Shown here one piece after another: positions 11,314 to 20,552 of a stretch of DNA of 64,000 nucleotides. Numbering within the stretch: the stretch's first letter is position 1; every line of letters starts with the position of its first letter. Location: positions 32,001-96,000 of the forward strand of contig JBHGAY010000004.1 in assembly GCA_041946735.1 (NCBI GenBank), in the 5' to 3' direction. The notes under the pieces are model-generated. The model had not been told where the DNA came from. It did not search any database and was given only the letters and a program-made list of their open reading frames with translations. Both the position numbers and the translations under genes were made by a program. Source of the stretch: Candidatus Eiseniibacteriota bacterium (GTDB lineage Bacteria > Eisenbacteria > RBG-16-71-46 > CAIMUX01 > VGJL01).

Positions 11314-13283
11314 TTCGGGTTCTCCTGGAAATGGAACCGCTCCATCGTGATCGCTCCGGTCGGACAGCGCTCCGCGCACAGCCCGCATCGGATGCAGATC
11401 GTCTCGTCCTTGAGGATCGCGGAGGCCCGGTCCGGTTCCGTCCCGTCGAGCTGAGCCTCGAGGACGGGCGCGAGCGAGACCTCGCCGGTCAGGCGGTCGA
11501 CGGAGACGATCCTCAGGCAGAGCTCCGGACAGACGTCGACGCAGCCCCCGCACAGGATGCACTTGTCGCCGTCGAAGATCGTGTTGACGCCGCAGTCGAG
11601 GCAGCGCGATGCCTCGCGGCGCGCCTGCTCGGCCGAGTACCCGATCTCCACCGGAGCCGCCTGCGAGCGGAGCCTCTCTGCAACCGGGGCGGCCGGTAGC
11701 GCGACACGGCGGATCGCTTCGTACCCCGGCTCGCGCGCGTAGTCGGGAATCCCCAAGTGCAGCTCGAGCGCCTCTGCTCCGATCGCCCGGCCGGTCGCCG
11801 CCTCGTAGATCGCCCGCGCGACGGCCTTCCCCGACGCGACGGCGTGGATCAGTAGTTTCGGGCCGTAGGCCAGATCTCCGGCCACGAAAACGTCCGGCGC
11901 GTTCGTTCGCCCCGTCACCGGATCGCAGGCGAGAAATCCGCGCGGGGATAGCTCCAGCCCGTCTCGCTGCGGATCGACGAAGCCGACGTCGATCCCCTGC
12001 CCGATGCTCGTCAGGACCGTGTCGCACTCGATCGTTTCGGTCTGCGTCTCGTCGAATACCGGAGCGAAGCGTCGATTCTCGTCGAAGACCCGCAGGCACT
12101 TCTTGAACACCACGCCGCGCAGGCGCCCGGAGGCGTCCTTGAGGATCTCGGATGGGCCCAGCCCGTTGCGGCGCACGATCCCCTCCTCGTCCCCCTCGAG
12201 GATCTCGACGTCGTCGGCCGGCATTTCCTCGAGAGACTCGAGGGAGCAGAGCCAGACCTTGCCGGGCGCGCGGCCGCCGGGACCCGCCGCTTCCATCTCG
12301 CGCTCGATCTCGCGCAGCGCGGTGCGCGCTGCGTCACTCGCGATCTGGCGAAGGACGGTGCGGCCCACGTCGTAGGCGACGTTCCCTCCACCGATCACGA
12401 CGACCCGGTTGCCGATCGCGGGCGGACGGCCGAGGGAAACGTCACGCAGGAACTCCACGCCTCCGAGGACGCCGGCGGCGTCGGCGCCCGGGATCGGGAG
12501 CGCGCGGGATCGCTTCGCTCCCACCGCGATCACGACCGCGTCGTGGCGCGCGCGCAACTCCGCGAAGGTGAGATCCCGGCCGACCTGGCAGTTCGTGACC
12601 GCCTTGACACCCATCTCCAGAATCACCTCGACCTCGGCGCGGATCAGATCGCGCGGGAGTCGATACTCCGGCACGCCGACCGCAAGCATCCCGGCGAGGA
12701 CCGGCTCCATCTCGTAGATCGTGACCGCGAAGCCGAGCAGCGCCAGATCGTGCGCCGCTGCGAGGCCGGCCGGACCGCTGCCGATGATGCCGGCGGAGCG
12801 GCCGGAGACCGGAGGAACGTCTCCGGAAAGGAGGGACTGCAGAAGGGGGAGGATCTCGTCGACGTCCCGGCAGGGCTGCGGCGCATGGCGACGGGCGGCC
12901 TCTTTCAGGAGCTCGATCAACGAACGGCCGGTGTGGGGCGTCGATGCGGGCACCGCCTCGACGCCGTACTTCTCGCAGACGAAACGTTTGAGGGCGCGGA
13001 TGGCGATCGGCCGGTCCAGTTCGCCGCGGCGGCACGCAACCTCGCACGGCGCGCCGCAGATCCGCCCACAGATGGAGGCGAGAGGGTTCGGCCCTCGGGC
13101 GATCAGGTAGGCCAGCTCGTCGTCCCCGGCCGCAATGGCGCGCACGTAGCCGCGGGCGTCGGTGTGCACGGGGCAGGCCGCCTGGCATTTGATCTGCTCC
13201 TTCCAATAGGAGAGATCCGGCACGCGGACCTCGGCGCCGTTCGAGGAGTCGATCGGCTCCCAGCCGTTGCCGTCGCGGCTCAC
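11298..13283 (-). CDS. GltD/NfnB-like FAD/NAD(P)-binding oxidoreductase with C-terminal 2x[4Fe-4S] domain
   Basis: CQAACPVH, CGRICGAPCEVAC, GSGPAG, GGGNVA, EASRCLDC, CILCGGCVDVCP, CIRCGLCAERCP; no signal peptide; GTGA overlap with the Rrf2 stop. Confidence 0.9.
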   Translation of the reverse strand: MSRDGNGWEPIDSSNGAEVRVPDLSYWKEQIKCQAACPVHTDARGYVRAIAAGDDELAYLIARGPNPLASICGRICGAPCEVACRRGELDRPIAIRALKRFVCEKYGVEAVPASTPHTGRSLIELLKEAARRHAPQPCRDVDEILPLLQSLLSGDVPPVSGRSAGIIGSGPAGLAAAHDLALLGFAVTIYEMEPVLAGMLAVGVPEYRLPRDLIRAEVEVILEMGVKAVTNCQVGRDLTFAELRARHDAVVIAVGAKRSRALPIPGADAAGVLGGVEFLRDVSLGRPPAIGNRVVVIGGGNVAYDVGRTVLRQIASDAARTALREIEREMEAAGPGGRAPGKVWLCSLESLEEMPADDVEILEGDEEGIVRRNGLGPSEILKDASGRLRGVVFKKCLRVFDENRRFAPVFDETQTETIECDTVLTSIGQGIDVGFVDPQRDGLELSPRGFLACDPVTGRTNAPDVFVAGDLAYGPKLLIHAVASGKAVARAIYEAATGRAIGAEALELHLGIPDYAREPGYEAIRRVALPAAPVAERLRSQAAPVEIGYSAEQARREASRCLDCGVNTIFDGDKCILCGGCVDVCPELCLRIVSVDRLTGEVSLAPVLEAQLDGTEPDRASAILKDETICIRCGLCAERCPTGAITMERFHFQENPKCRIA

Positions 13284-13774
13284 CGCGTCCGCCGTCCCGC
13301 CGCGGCCACCTTGCCGCGCGCCTGCTGCGCCACTTTGCCGCCGGGCGCCTGCTCCGCCGCCTTGGCGCCGCGCGCCTGCGCGACCGCCTCGCCGAGCGTG
13401 CGCTTCCGGAGGGAATCGACCAGCGCGTCTCTCAGCTCGCTCCATTCCCAGTGAAGGATGCAGGCGCTCGTGTCGGAGCAGCGCGATTGCCCGAGCAGGC
13501 AGACCCGCTTCGTCCCGAACGTGTCGAATGCCTGGACGATCTGCAGCAGCGAAATGCGGCCGGCGGAGCGAGCGAGGCGAAAGCCTCCCGTCTTCCCCCG
13601 CTGGCTTTCCAGGATCCCTGCGGAGGCGAGCACGCGAAGGATCTTCGCCAGATATTGCGGAGGAAGATCGACGACGCGAGCGATCTCGCGGTTGAGGAAC
13701 CAGTCTCTCTCCTCGCTCTCGGCCGCCATGTACGCGAGGGCGCGGATGGCGTATTGGGCGCTCGTGGAAATCAT
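13280..13774 (-). CDS. Rrf2-family transcriptional regulator (probable Fe-S sensor)
   Basis: SAQYAIRAL, YLAKIL, SQRGKTGGFRLAR; CLLGQSRCSDTSACILH with three Cys. Confidence 0.92.
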   Translation of the reverse strand: MISTSAQYAIRALAYMAAESEERDWFLNREIARVVDLPPQYLAKILRVLASAGILESQRGKTGGFRLARSAGRISLLQIVQAFDTFGTKRVCLLGQSRCSDTSACILHWEWSELRDALVDSLRKRTLGEAVAQARGAKAAEQAPGGKVAQQARGKVAAAGRRTR

Positions 13775-13781
13775 GAAGGGG

Positions 13782-13810
13782 ATATTAGGACCCGTTAGTC
13801 CGAAATGCAA
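13782..13810 (-). promoter_or_regulatory. Sigma70-type promoter with embedded inverted repeat
   Basis: Minus strand TTGCAT-N17-TAATAT ending 7 nt before the Rrf2 ATG; spacer holds GGAC-N6-GTCC. Confidence 0.65.
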
Positions 13811-13853
13811 GAGGAGATCGAGTCGGACCCGGGGGCCCGGCGCCGATGCTCCC

Positions 13854-14486
13854 TCAAACAGTCTCGGTCAGATCTTCCCGGCGGTTCACGTTGCGGAGGG
13901 CGCTCGCGACCCGGATTCTCCCGACGAAAGCGGCGGAGAGAAGGGTCGCGCCCACGCTCTCGATCACCCGGTGCATGGACGTTCCTTCGGGTGCCGAGGA
14001 GAACGCCCGTAGGACGGATCGGTGGTACAGGCCGGGGAACGGATGCAGTCGCCCGCCGGGCTCCCCATAGCAGACGACCGGCTCCGTCCGTCCTGCGGCT
14101 GGCCCGGTGCCACCGGCCCGGATCGACGCGAGAAGTGGGCGGAGCACTGCAGAGGTCACTCCGGGCATGTCGACGGCGAGGATGAGCGCCCAGTCGGACG
14201 ATTCGCTTGCAGCATGGGTGAGCGCGACCCTCACCCCCTCCACGGGACCGAGGCCGGGACGCTCACCCGTCAGGACAGGGGCGCGATACCGCCGGAAAGG
14301 CGCCGGATCGGGAGCGACGATCCGCGGATGGATGTTCAACTCCCGCATCGCCCGAAGCGCGAGCGCGAGGAGACTCCTCCCCCGGTGCGTCGCCAGGGCC
14401 TTGTTCGATCCGAACCGCCGCGACGCGCCACCGGCGAGAACGAAGCCGGAGACGCGCTCGTTCCCCTTCGTCCCGGCCCTCCTCAA
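13854..14486 (-). CDS. mobA: Molybdenum cofactor guanylyltransferase
   Basis: VLAGGASRRFGSNKA, GLGPVEG, LAVDMP, HPFPGLY, NVNRREDL. Confidence 0.9.
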   Translation of the reverse strand: MRRAGTKGNERVSGFVLAGGASRRFGSNKALATHRGRSLLALALRAMRELNIHPRIVAPDPAPFRRYRAPVLTGERPGLGPVEGVRVALTHAASESSDWALILAVDMPGVTSAVLRPLLASIRAGGTGPAAGRTEPVVCYGEPGGRLHPFPGLYHRSVLRAFSSAPEGTSMHRVIESVGATLLSAAFVGRIRVASALRNVNRREDLTETV

Positions 14487-15868
14487 TGGAGGAACAACAG
14501 CTTCCCGCGGCCCGCCCCGTCGGTTCCGCGCACCTCGTAGAAGTACGCCCCGGCCGGAACGGCCCGGCCCGCGTCGTCCTTGCCGTCCCAGCGCACGCGA
14601 TGCGATCCCGCCGCGTCATGCGAACGTTCGATGCTGCGCACCTGACGCCCCGACGCGTCGTGGATCGTGATCGACACCACTCCGGCGTCCACCGCTCGAT
14701 AGCGGATCCACGTGGCGCTGCGGAACGGGTTCGGCGAGGCGAAAGAGAGCAGAAGCCCGCCCCCTCCCTCCGCGCTCTCGATCCCGGCCGGGGCAAGCTG
14801 CCGGTAGAGGATGAGCTGGGTCTGCAGTGACCAAATCGGCTCGGTGTGCCCCGTGTAGTTGTAGTTGCAGTCTGTGCAGGTCTGTCCCGACACGCAGTTG
14901 GGATTGTCGGGGCGGCAGTAGTTCTCGTACGGCATGATGCCGTAGTCGAGCACGGCGGTCTCCCCCGGAGTCACCGACTCGGTGATGTCGGCGTCCCACG
15001 GGTCGACCTTGTCGCCCGGACACCACCCGGCGCGGTCGTACTGCCACGTCCCCCCCTGCGGGCTGCACAGGTTGCTCTCGCAGTCGGAGCGCCAGACATT
15101 GTGCCAGATCGAGTCGGCGTTCGCCTTGATCCAGTGGCGGCGATTGCAGAATTCGGCGCAGTTCAGCGTGTTCCCCTGGCCGTGACCGGTCGCGATCGCG
15201 CGGAACTTCACCGCGTCGGTTCCCTCCGGAATCGCAACTTCCATCGGACGCAGGTGGTTCTCGTGCGGATCGTTCGGATTGCCGTAGACGAGGTAGCCGT
15301 TCGTCCACAGGTTGCGCACCTCCACGGGAACGAGCGACGGCGTTCCTTCGACGAACGCGAAGTCGATCGTGACGAGCCAGCCGCGCGTCCCTCCGATCCA
15401 GCTCTCGATGTAATTGACGAGCGTCACCTCGTCGTGCAGGAGCATCCGGTAGTCGGTGACGTCCAGAACCCAGGTGCACGTCCCTGGCCTCGGGCCTCCG
15501 GTAATGTCGTACGGGGTGACGATGCGGGCGATCTCGATGTCTCCCCCGGGGCGCTGGACGCGAAGCCATCCGAGCCGGTCCCAAGGATCACAGTCATCGG
15601 GCGTGGGCGGACAGCCGATCTGATAGAAGAGGAGGACCTTGTCGCAAAGGAGCTCGAGTCCGGGAAGCGTAAAGGTCCGTACGTGCGGTTCGGCCCAGTT
15701 GTAGAAGTCCTGGTCGAAGGTCCGCACCCAGGTGGTGTCGCCCGGCGCAGCGGCGGCAGCGGAGAAGACGCCGGCGAACAGCAGCAGGGCGAGAGCGCCG
15801 GTGAACACGCGCGAAGCGGACGCACCGGCAATCTTGATCGAGAACGAGTTGCAGGAGCTGTCCCTCAT
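14483..15868 (-). CDS. Secreted peptide-N-glycosidase F-like protein with FlgD-type C-terminal domain
   Basis: DPWDR, EIARIVTPY, TGHG, CAEFC, RAGWCPG; C-terminal PNPF...WDGKDDAGRAVPAGAYF; GGAGGT RBS. Confidence 0.85.
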   Translation of the reverse strand: MRDSSCNSFSIKIAGASASRVFTGALALLLFAGVFSAAAAAPGDTTWVRTFDQDFYNWAEPHVRTFTLPGLELLCDKVLLFYQIGCPPTPDDCDPWDRLGWLRVQRPGGDIEIARIVTPYDITGGPRPGTCTWVLDVTDYRMLLHDEVTLVNYIESWIGGTRGWLVTIDFAFVEGTPSLVPVEVRNLWTNGYLVYGNPNDPHENHLRPMEVAIPEGTDAVKFRAIATGHGQGNTLNCAEFCNRRHWIKANADSIWHNVWRSDCESNLCSPQGGTWQYDRAGWCPGDKVDPWDADITESVTPGETAVLDYGIMPYENYCRPDNPNCVSGQTCTDCNYNYTGHTEPIWSLQTQLILYRQLAPAGIESAEGGGGLLLSFASPNPFRSATWIRYRAVDAGVVSITIHDASGRQVRSIERSHDAAGSHRVRWDGKDDAGRAVPAGAYFYEVRGTDGAGRGKLLFLH

Positions 15869-16196
15869 CGGACCTCCGACCCATCCGGCCGTCCGGATGG
15901 GACTGTGGATGCTGCGCCGGGTGGGCTGCGCCGGTCGCCTGCCCAAGTCCGGCGGTGGACCGCGCTTTGCGCGAGTCTCGGGCGGATCGCGACGACCATG
16001 GGATGCGGCCGAATCGACCGTGGAGAAGACTAGCCGTTCCGCCATCGAGCCCGCAATATCACGGATCTTGACGGAACACGGAACACGGCCGCAGAGCCCT
16101 CGCACCGCAACTCTCCCGGCACAGGCGCGAAGAGCCTCCGCAGACTTTCATTGGCGCGCGTAGGCCCTCGATCATCGCCAATCGCCGAAGGAAGAA

Positions 16197-19100
16197 TCAG
16201 CGGATGCGAAGGACTCTCGCAGTCGCCGACTCGGAGCCGGCCCGCAGCCGCAATAGATAAAGGCCGGAGACGACGTCTACTCCGGCCGCGTTCTTCCCAT
16301 CCCAATCGATCCGATTCCGACCGGACGGCAAAGGTCCGTTGACAAGCGTGCGGACGAGCCGGCCGCCGACGTCGAACAGCTCCAGGATCACCGGGCGGCT
16401 CCCGGCGCCGGAGGGGATCTCGAGCGAGATTGTCGTCCTCTGCGAGAACGGCGCCGGCGAGAGCGAGACGATCTGCGCCGTGCGGACTACCTGCCCTTCG
16501 TCCTCCGGCGCGCCGCCGACCCCGCAGGAAACCGGCCAGGCGCCGATCAGACCACAGTCGGGATTCGCGTCCGGGGCGCACGGGGAATCTTCGTTCAGAC
16601 CGAACGGCGCCGCCGGCTCCGACTCGCCGCAGTAGCGGGGATCCTCGGAGATGTTCCCGTACTGGCCGAGAAGCTGCCCCCACGTGCCCATCCAGTCCCC
16701 CCCCGCGTTCCCCCAGAAATCGCAGCACTCGATCGTCACATCGTCGCCCGCGAACATCGACCCGCCGCTGCTCCCGGTGATGATGTTGTTGCGGAGGACC
16801 ATGGGCGAGTTCTCCCAGGCCGCGATCGCGCCACCGGAGCCGCCGGAATTGCCGTGGAAGGTGCAGTTCTCGATGAGCAGATCCTGCCACGGGTCGGTCG
16901 TGCCGATCGCGCCTCCGCCGACGGTCGCCTCGTTGTCGAGGAACGTGCAGCCTTGAATCAGGATGTTTCCCCCGCCGGAATGTATGGCGATCGCGCCGGC
17001 CGCGTTGGAGACGTTGCGGAGGAACGTGCATCGCGTGATCTCCACGTGCATGTTCTCCCCAGCGATCGCCCCGCCGCCGTCCGCCGCCTGGTTCTTCTGG
17101 AAGACGCAATCGAAGAGCTTCACGCCGTCGGTGTTCTGGAAGAAGATGGCGCCCCCCGCGCTCATCGCCCGGTTCTCGACGAAGCGGCAATTGCGGATCG
17201 TGGGATCGCTGCCGTTCAGGCAGCGGATCGCTCCCCCGTGTTGGGACGAAGGCGAGCCATCCAGCCAGGCATGGCCACCCTGGATCGTGATCCCCTCGAT
17301 AACAGAGTCGTTTCCCTCCCCCGTGATGAAGTCGAATCCCCGATGCGGATGGGCTGGGGTGCCTTCGCAGTCGATCACGCAGGTCTCCGGGTTGCCCGAG
17401 GCCGAGCGAACCGTGATCGCCTTTCCCCGGAAGGAGACGTCGCGGTTGCCGGGCCCGCGATAGATGCCATCTTCGAGCTGCACGATCTCCCCCGGGAGCG
17501 CCCCGGATACTGCGGCGTCGATGGTCGGGTAGTCGCCGCTTCCGTCCGCCCGCACGACGAGAATCGACATGCACTCCACCGTGTGCGATCCGATCTGCCA
17601 GCAGTCGCCCACGTATTGCGGAGCGCAGGGAGAGTGGCTCTCGAGGCCGAGGTCGTAGCGGGCCGCATCGCAGAAGATCGGGTCGACGGAGCGATTGCCG
17701 TTCAGCTCACCCTGCCCGGCGATGCAGCCAACCCAGTCCCCACCGTTGTGATAGAGATCCGAACATAGGAGCGTGACTGTCGCGCCTGCCGCGCAGCCGA
17801 TCGCATCCCCGCCGGTGTTCCAGGCCGCGATCGTCTTCGCAATCTCGTGCTCGCCCCCCTCGAAGTGGACCGCCGAGCCGTCGGGCGCCGAGTTACCGAC
17901 CAGGGTGTTGCGGGCGAGTCGAGGCTGGCACAGCAGCCCGCAGTCGAGCGCGCCGCCTTGGTAGGCCGCCTGGTTCGCCGCAATGTCGCAGTCCTCCACG
18001 GTCGGAGATGCCTCGTTCGCGCAGGCGATTCCCCCTCCTGCCCCGGCCGCGCGATTCTCGAGCAGACGGCAGCGACGGACTAGGGGCGAAGCGCCTTCGC
18101 AGAGAACCGCGCCCCCGTCACTCTCCGCGTAACCGCCGCGGATCGTGACGGCCTCGAGGACCGTCCCGCTTCCCTCCCCTTCATGTATCCAGAAGCCGCG
18201 ATGCGGCTCCGGCCCGCTGCCTCGGCAATCGATCGTGCAGGCGGCCGGATCGTCCGACTCCGAGCGAATCCGGATCCGCTTGCCGCGCAGCTCGATATCG
18301 TGGTTGCCGTCCCCGGAGAACGTCCCGTCGGCGAGGAGGATCACTGCGCCGTCGGCCGCTGCGTCGATCGCGGCCTGGATCGTCGGGTGGTCTCCGGATC
18401 CATCCGGCCGGACCGTGAGGACATCCCACTCGCACCCGCGCCCGAACGCCCCGATCCGACCGCAGACGGGACTGTTCGTCGAGTCGCACGGGGAGATCTG
18501 GGAAACGCGATAGTCGTCCGCCTCCGGGTCACAGAAGAGTGGGTCGACGTGCAGGTTGTCGTTCGTGAGTTGCCGCCCGTCCAGGGCACCGATCCAGTCC
18601 CCATCGGAGTTGCCGAAGATGTCGGTGCATTCGATTCCCAACGAGGCGAATTGAGTCCACGTGATCGCCTTCCCGGCACCATTCGAAGCAAAGATGCAGC
18701 GCTCCACGCTGCTCGGATACGACCAAAGGGCCGCGAGCGCGGAGCCATCGCCGACTGCCGCCCGGTTGCCGACGAAGGTACAGCGAGTGACATCCATGTA
18801 CCCTTCCTGACGAATCAGCACGGCGCCGCCCGGCTCCAGGTCGCAACTGTTCCGCAGGAATAGACAGTCTTCGAGCGTGAGGTGAGCGCCGCCGTCCGTG
18901 AAGGCCGCGCCGCCTCCCCAACCAGCGTGGTTCTCGCGAAACACGCAGCGCCTGACCGTCGCCCGCGTGAGGTTCGACAGGTAGATGGCGCCGGCGTATT
19001 CCTTCGCCCGGTTCCCTTCGAACAGGCAGCCCTCAATGACACCCTCGTAGTAGGTGGTCGGGCCGAACCAGTAGATCGCCCCTCCGTGTTGGACAGTGGT

Positions 19101-19634
19101 GTTGCGGAGGAACTGACAGCGGTAGAGAGTCGGTGTCGTGGACTGGTCCTGGTACCACGCTGCCACGCCGTCTCCGTCGCGGAAGATGCAGTCGCGGATC
19201 GTCGGCCGGGCGCCGCCGCCGCAGAAGATTGCCGACCCGTCCCCCGTCCCGTTCGCCACGGTCACCCCCTCGAGCTTCGCCATCGGAGATTCGTGGCTGA
19301 GGAAGTGAAATCCACGATGCGCTCCTGCGCAATCGACGACGCATGCTTCGGGATGGCCCGACCTCGACCGGATCGTGATCGACTTGCCGTGGTAGTTCGC
19401 GTCCCAGTTGCCGGGGCCGGTGAACGTTCCGTCCGCGAGCTCGAGGACATCCCCGCCGCCGCAGCCGTCGATTCCTGCCTGGATCGTCGGGAAATCCCCG
19501 GTCCCATCGGGACGGATCTGATAGACATCGCCCATTGCGGGCGAATGGATGAGGGGGACCGACACGAAGAGGACCAGAATCGTGAAGACTGCGCGCCTCG
19601 CGGAGGAGAGCAAGGGGAGCGGGGCGGCTTGCAT
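16197..19634 (-). CDS. Secreted right-handed beta-helix protein, three tandem modules plus FlgD-type domain
   Basis: Three RxDGxGDxPTIxAxx-initiated modules with GGAI/FxxN repeats; C-terminal WDGKNAAGVDVVSGLY; AGGAGG RBS. Confidence 0.88.
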   Translation of the reverse strand: MQAAPLPLLSSARRAVFTILVLFVSVPLIHSPAMGDVYQIRPDGTGDFPTIQAGIDGCGGGDVLELADGTFTGPGNWDANYHGKSITIRSRSGHPEACVVDCAGAHRGFHFLSHESPMAKLEGVTVANGTGDGSAIFCGGGARPTIRDCIFRDGDGVAAWYQDQSTTPTLYRCQFLRNTTVQHGGAIYWFGPTTYYEGVIEGCLFEGNRAKEYAGAIYLSNLTRATVRRCVFRENHAGWGGGAAFTDGGAHLTLEDCLFLRNSCDLEPGGAVLIRQEGYMDVTRCTFVGNRAAVGDGSALAALWSYPSSVERCIFASNGAGKAITWTQFASLGIECTDIFGNSDGDWIGALDGRQLTNDNLHVDPLFCDPEADDYRVSQISPCDSTNSPVCGRIGAFGRGCEWDVLTVRPDGSGDHPTIQAAIDAAADGAVILLADGTFSGDGNHDIELRGKRIRIRSESDDPAACTIDCRGSGPEPHRGFWIHEGEGSGTVLEAVTIRGGYAESDGGAVLCEGASPLVRRCRLLENRAAGAGGGIACANEASPTVEDCDIAANQAAYQGGALDCGLLCQPRLARNTLVGNSAPDGSAVHFEGGEHEIAKTIAAWNTGGDAIGCAAGATVTLLCSDLYHNGGDWVGCIAGQGELNGNRSVDPIFCDAARYDLGLESHSPCAPQYVGDCWQIGSHTVECMSILVVRADGSGDYPTIDAAVSGALPGEIVQLEDGIYRGPGNRDVSFRGKAITVRSASGNPETCVIDCEGTPAHPHRGFDFITGEGNDSVIEGITIQGGHAWLDGSPSSQHGGAIRCLNGSDPTIRNCRFVENRAMSAGGAIFFQNTDGVKLFDCVFQKNQAADGGGAIAGENMHVEITRCTFLRNVSNAAGAIAIHSGGGNILIQGCTFLDNEATVGGGAIGTTDPWQDLLIENCTFHGNSGGSGGAIAAWENSPMVLRNNIITGSSGGSMFAGDDVTIECCDFWGNAGGDWMGTWGQLLGQYGNISEDPRYCGESEPAAPFGLNEDSPCAPDANPDCGLIGAWPVSCGVGGAPEDEGQVVRTAQIVSLSPAPFSQRTTISLEIPSGAGSRPVILELFDVGGRLVRTLVNGPLPSGRNRIDWDGKNAAGVDVVSGLYLLRLRAGSESATARVLRIR

Positions 19635-19685
19635 GAGTGCCTCCTGGGTGGTAGCACGAAGATCGCTTCGAAAAGGGGCGTAACT

Positions 19686-19714
19686 AGTATAGTGCCCAGG
19701 CGCTCTTCGAACAA
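19686..19714 (-). promoter_or_regulatory. Possible sigma70 promoter for the beta-helix gene
   Basis: Minus strand TTGTTC-N17-TATACT about 50 nt upstream of the ATG. Confidence 0.4.
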
Positions 19715-19878
19715 CGTAACGCATGCGCCACAACTCTTGACGTTACCCATCCGCCGGCCTGCTCTTGATCGCATCGCTTCGGTGCGGTAGCTTCGCGCGT
19801 TCGCCGCGCGGCGGCGGCGTTCCTTCCAAACGCCGGAATCCAAGCTTCGAGCGCACGCAAGCGCGTAGGAGGTCAGTG

Positions 19879-20340
19879 GTGATCGACGAACCGACGATTG
19901 TGGAGACGACCGAGCAGAACTGCGCCGTCATCCGGCTCACGATCCCGCGCGAGGAGATCCGCAATATGATGGGTCCGGCGATGGAGGAAGTGATCACCAC
20001 CGTCGCCTTACAGAAGATCGGTCCGGCCGGCCCGCTTTTCTCGTATCACCTGCGCCTGGATCCTGCCGTCTTCGACTTCGAGGTGGGGGTTCCAGTATCG
20101 GCGCCGGTGAGCCCGACCGGCCGCGTTGTCGAAGGGAAGCTGCCGGCTGCGAGGGTGGTGCGGACCATCTACCGCGGGCCGTATGAAGGTCTTCCCGATG
20201 CATGGAAGGACTTCAACGGATGGATCGGCAAGGCGGGACACAAGCCGGCCGGCGACCTGTGGGAACGCTACCTCGTCGGCCCGGATTCCAGCCAGGATCC
20301 GTCCCAGTGGCAGACGGAGCTGAGCCGCCGTCTCGCGTAG
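19879..20340 (+). CDS. GyrI-like small-molecule-binding domain protein
   Basis: FDFEVGVPV, LPAARVVRTIYRGPYEGLPDAW, WERYLVGP; AGGAGG RBS. Confidence 0.85.
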   Translation: MIDEPTIVETTEQNCAVIRLTIPREEIRNMMGPAMEEVITTVALQKIGPAGPLFSYHLRLDPAVFDFEVGVPVSAPVSPTGRVVEGKLPAARVVRTIYRGPYEGLPDAWKDFNGWIGKAGHKPAGDLWERYLVGPDSSQDPSQWQTELSRRLA

Positions 20341-20552
20341 GGCAGCCTATCGAGAGACGGAAACGCGTCGGTCGAGGGGCGAAGGGGTAGAAGCAGAAGC
20401 GGCGGGCGGAACCTCTGCAGATTCCGCCCGCCGCTCGTCGCCCGTCGCTCGTCGCTCGTCGCTCGAGACCGAGCTGAACGCGACCGGACCGATGCGAACC
20501 GAGACGAACCGAAGCGAGCGAAGCGACCGAACCGGCCGGCCGGCGACGCCTG

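Noticed and set aside
11298..13283. Glutamate synthase small subunit gltD
   Set aside because: No gltB, an extra ferredoxin tail, and embedded in a Rieske/cytb operon
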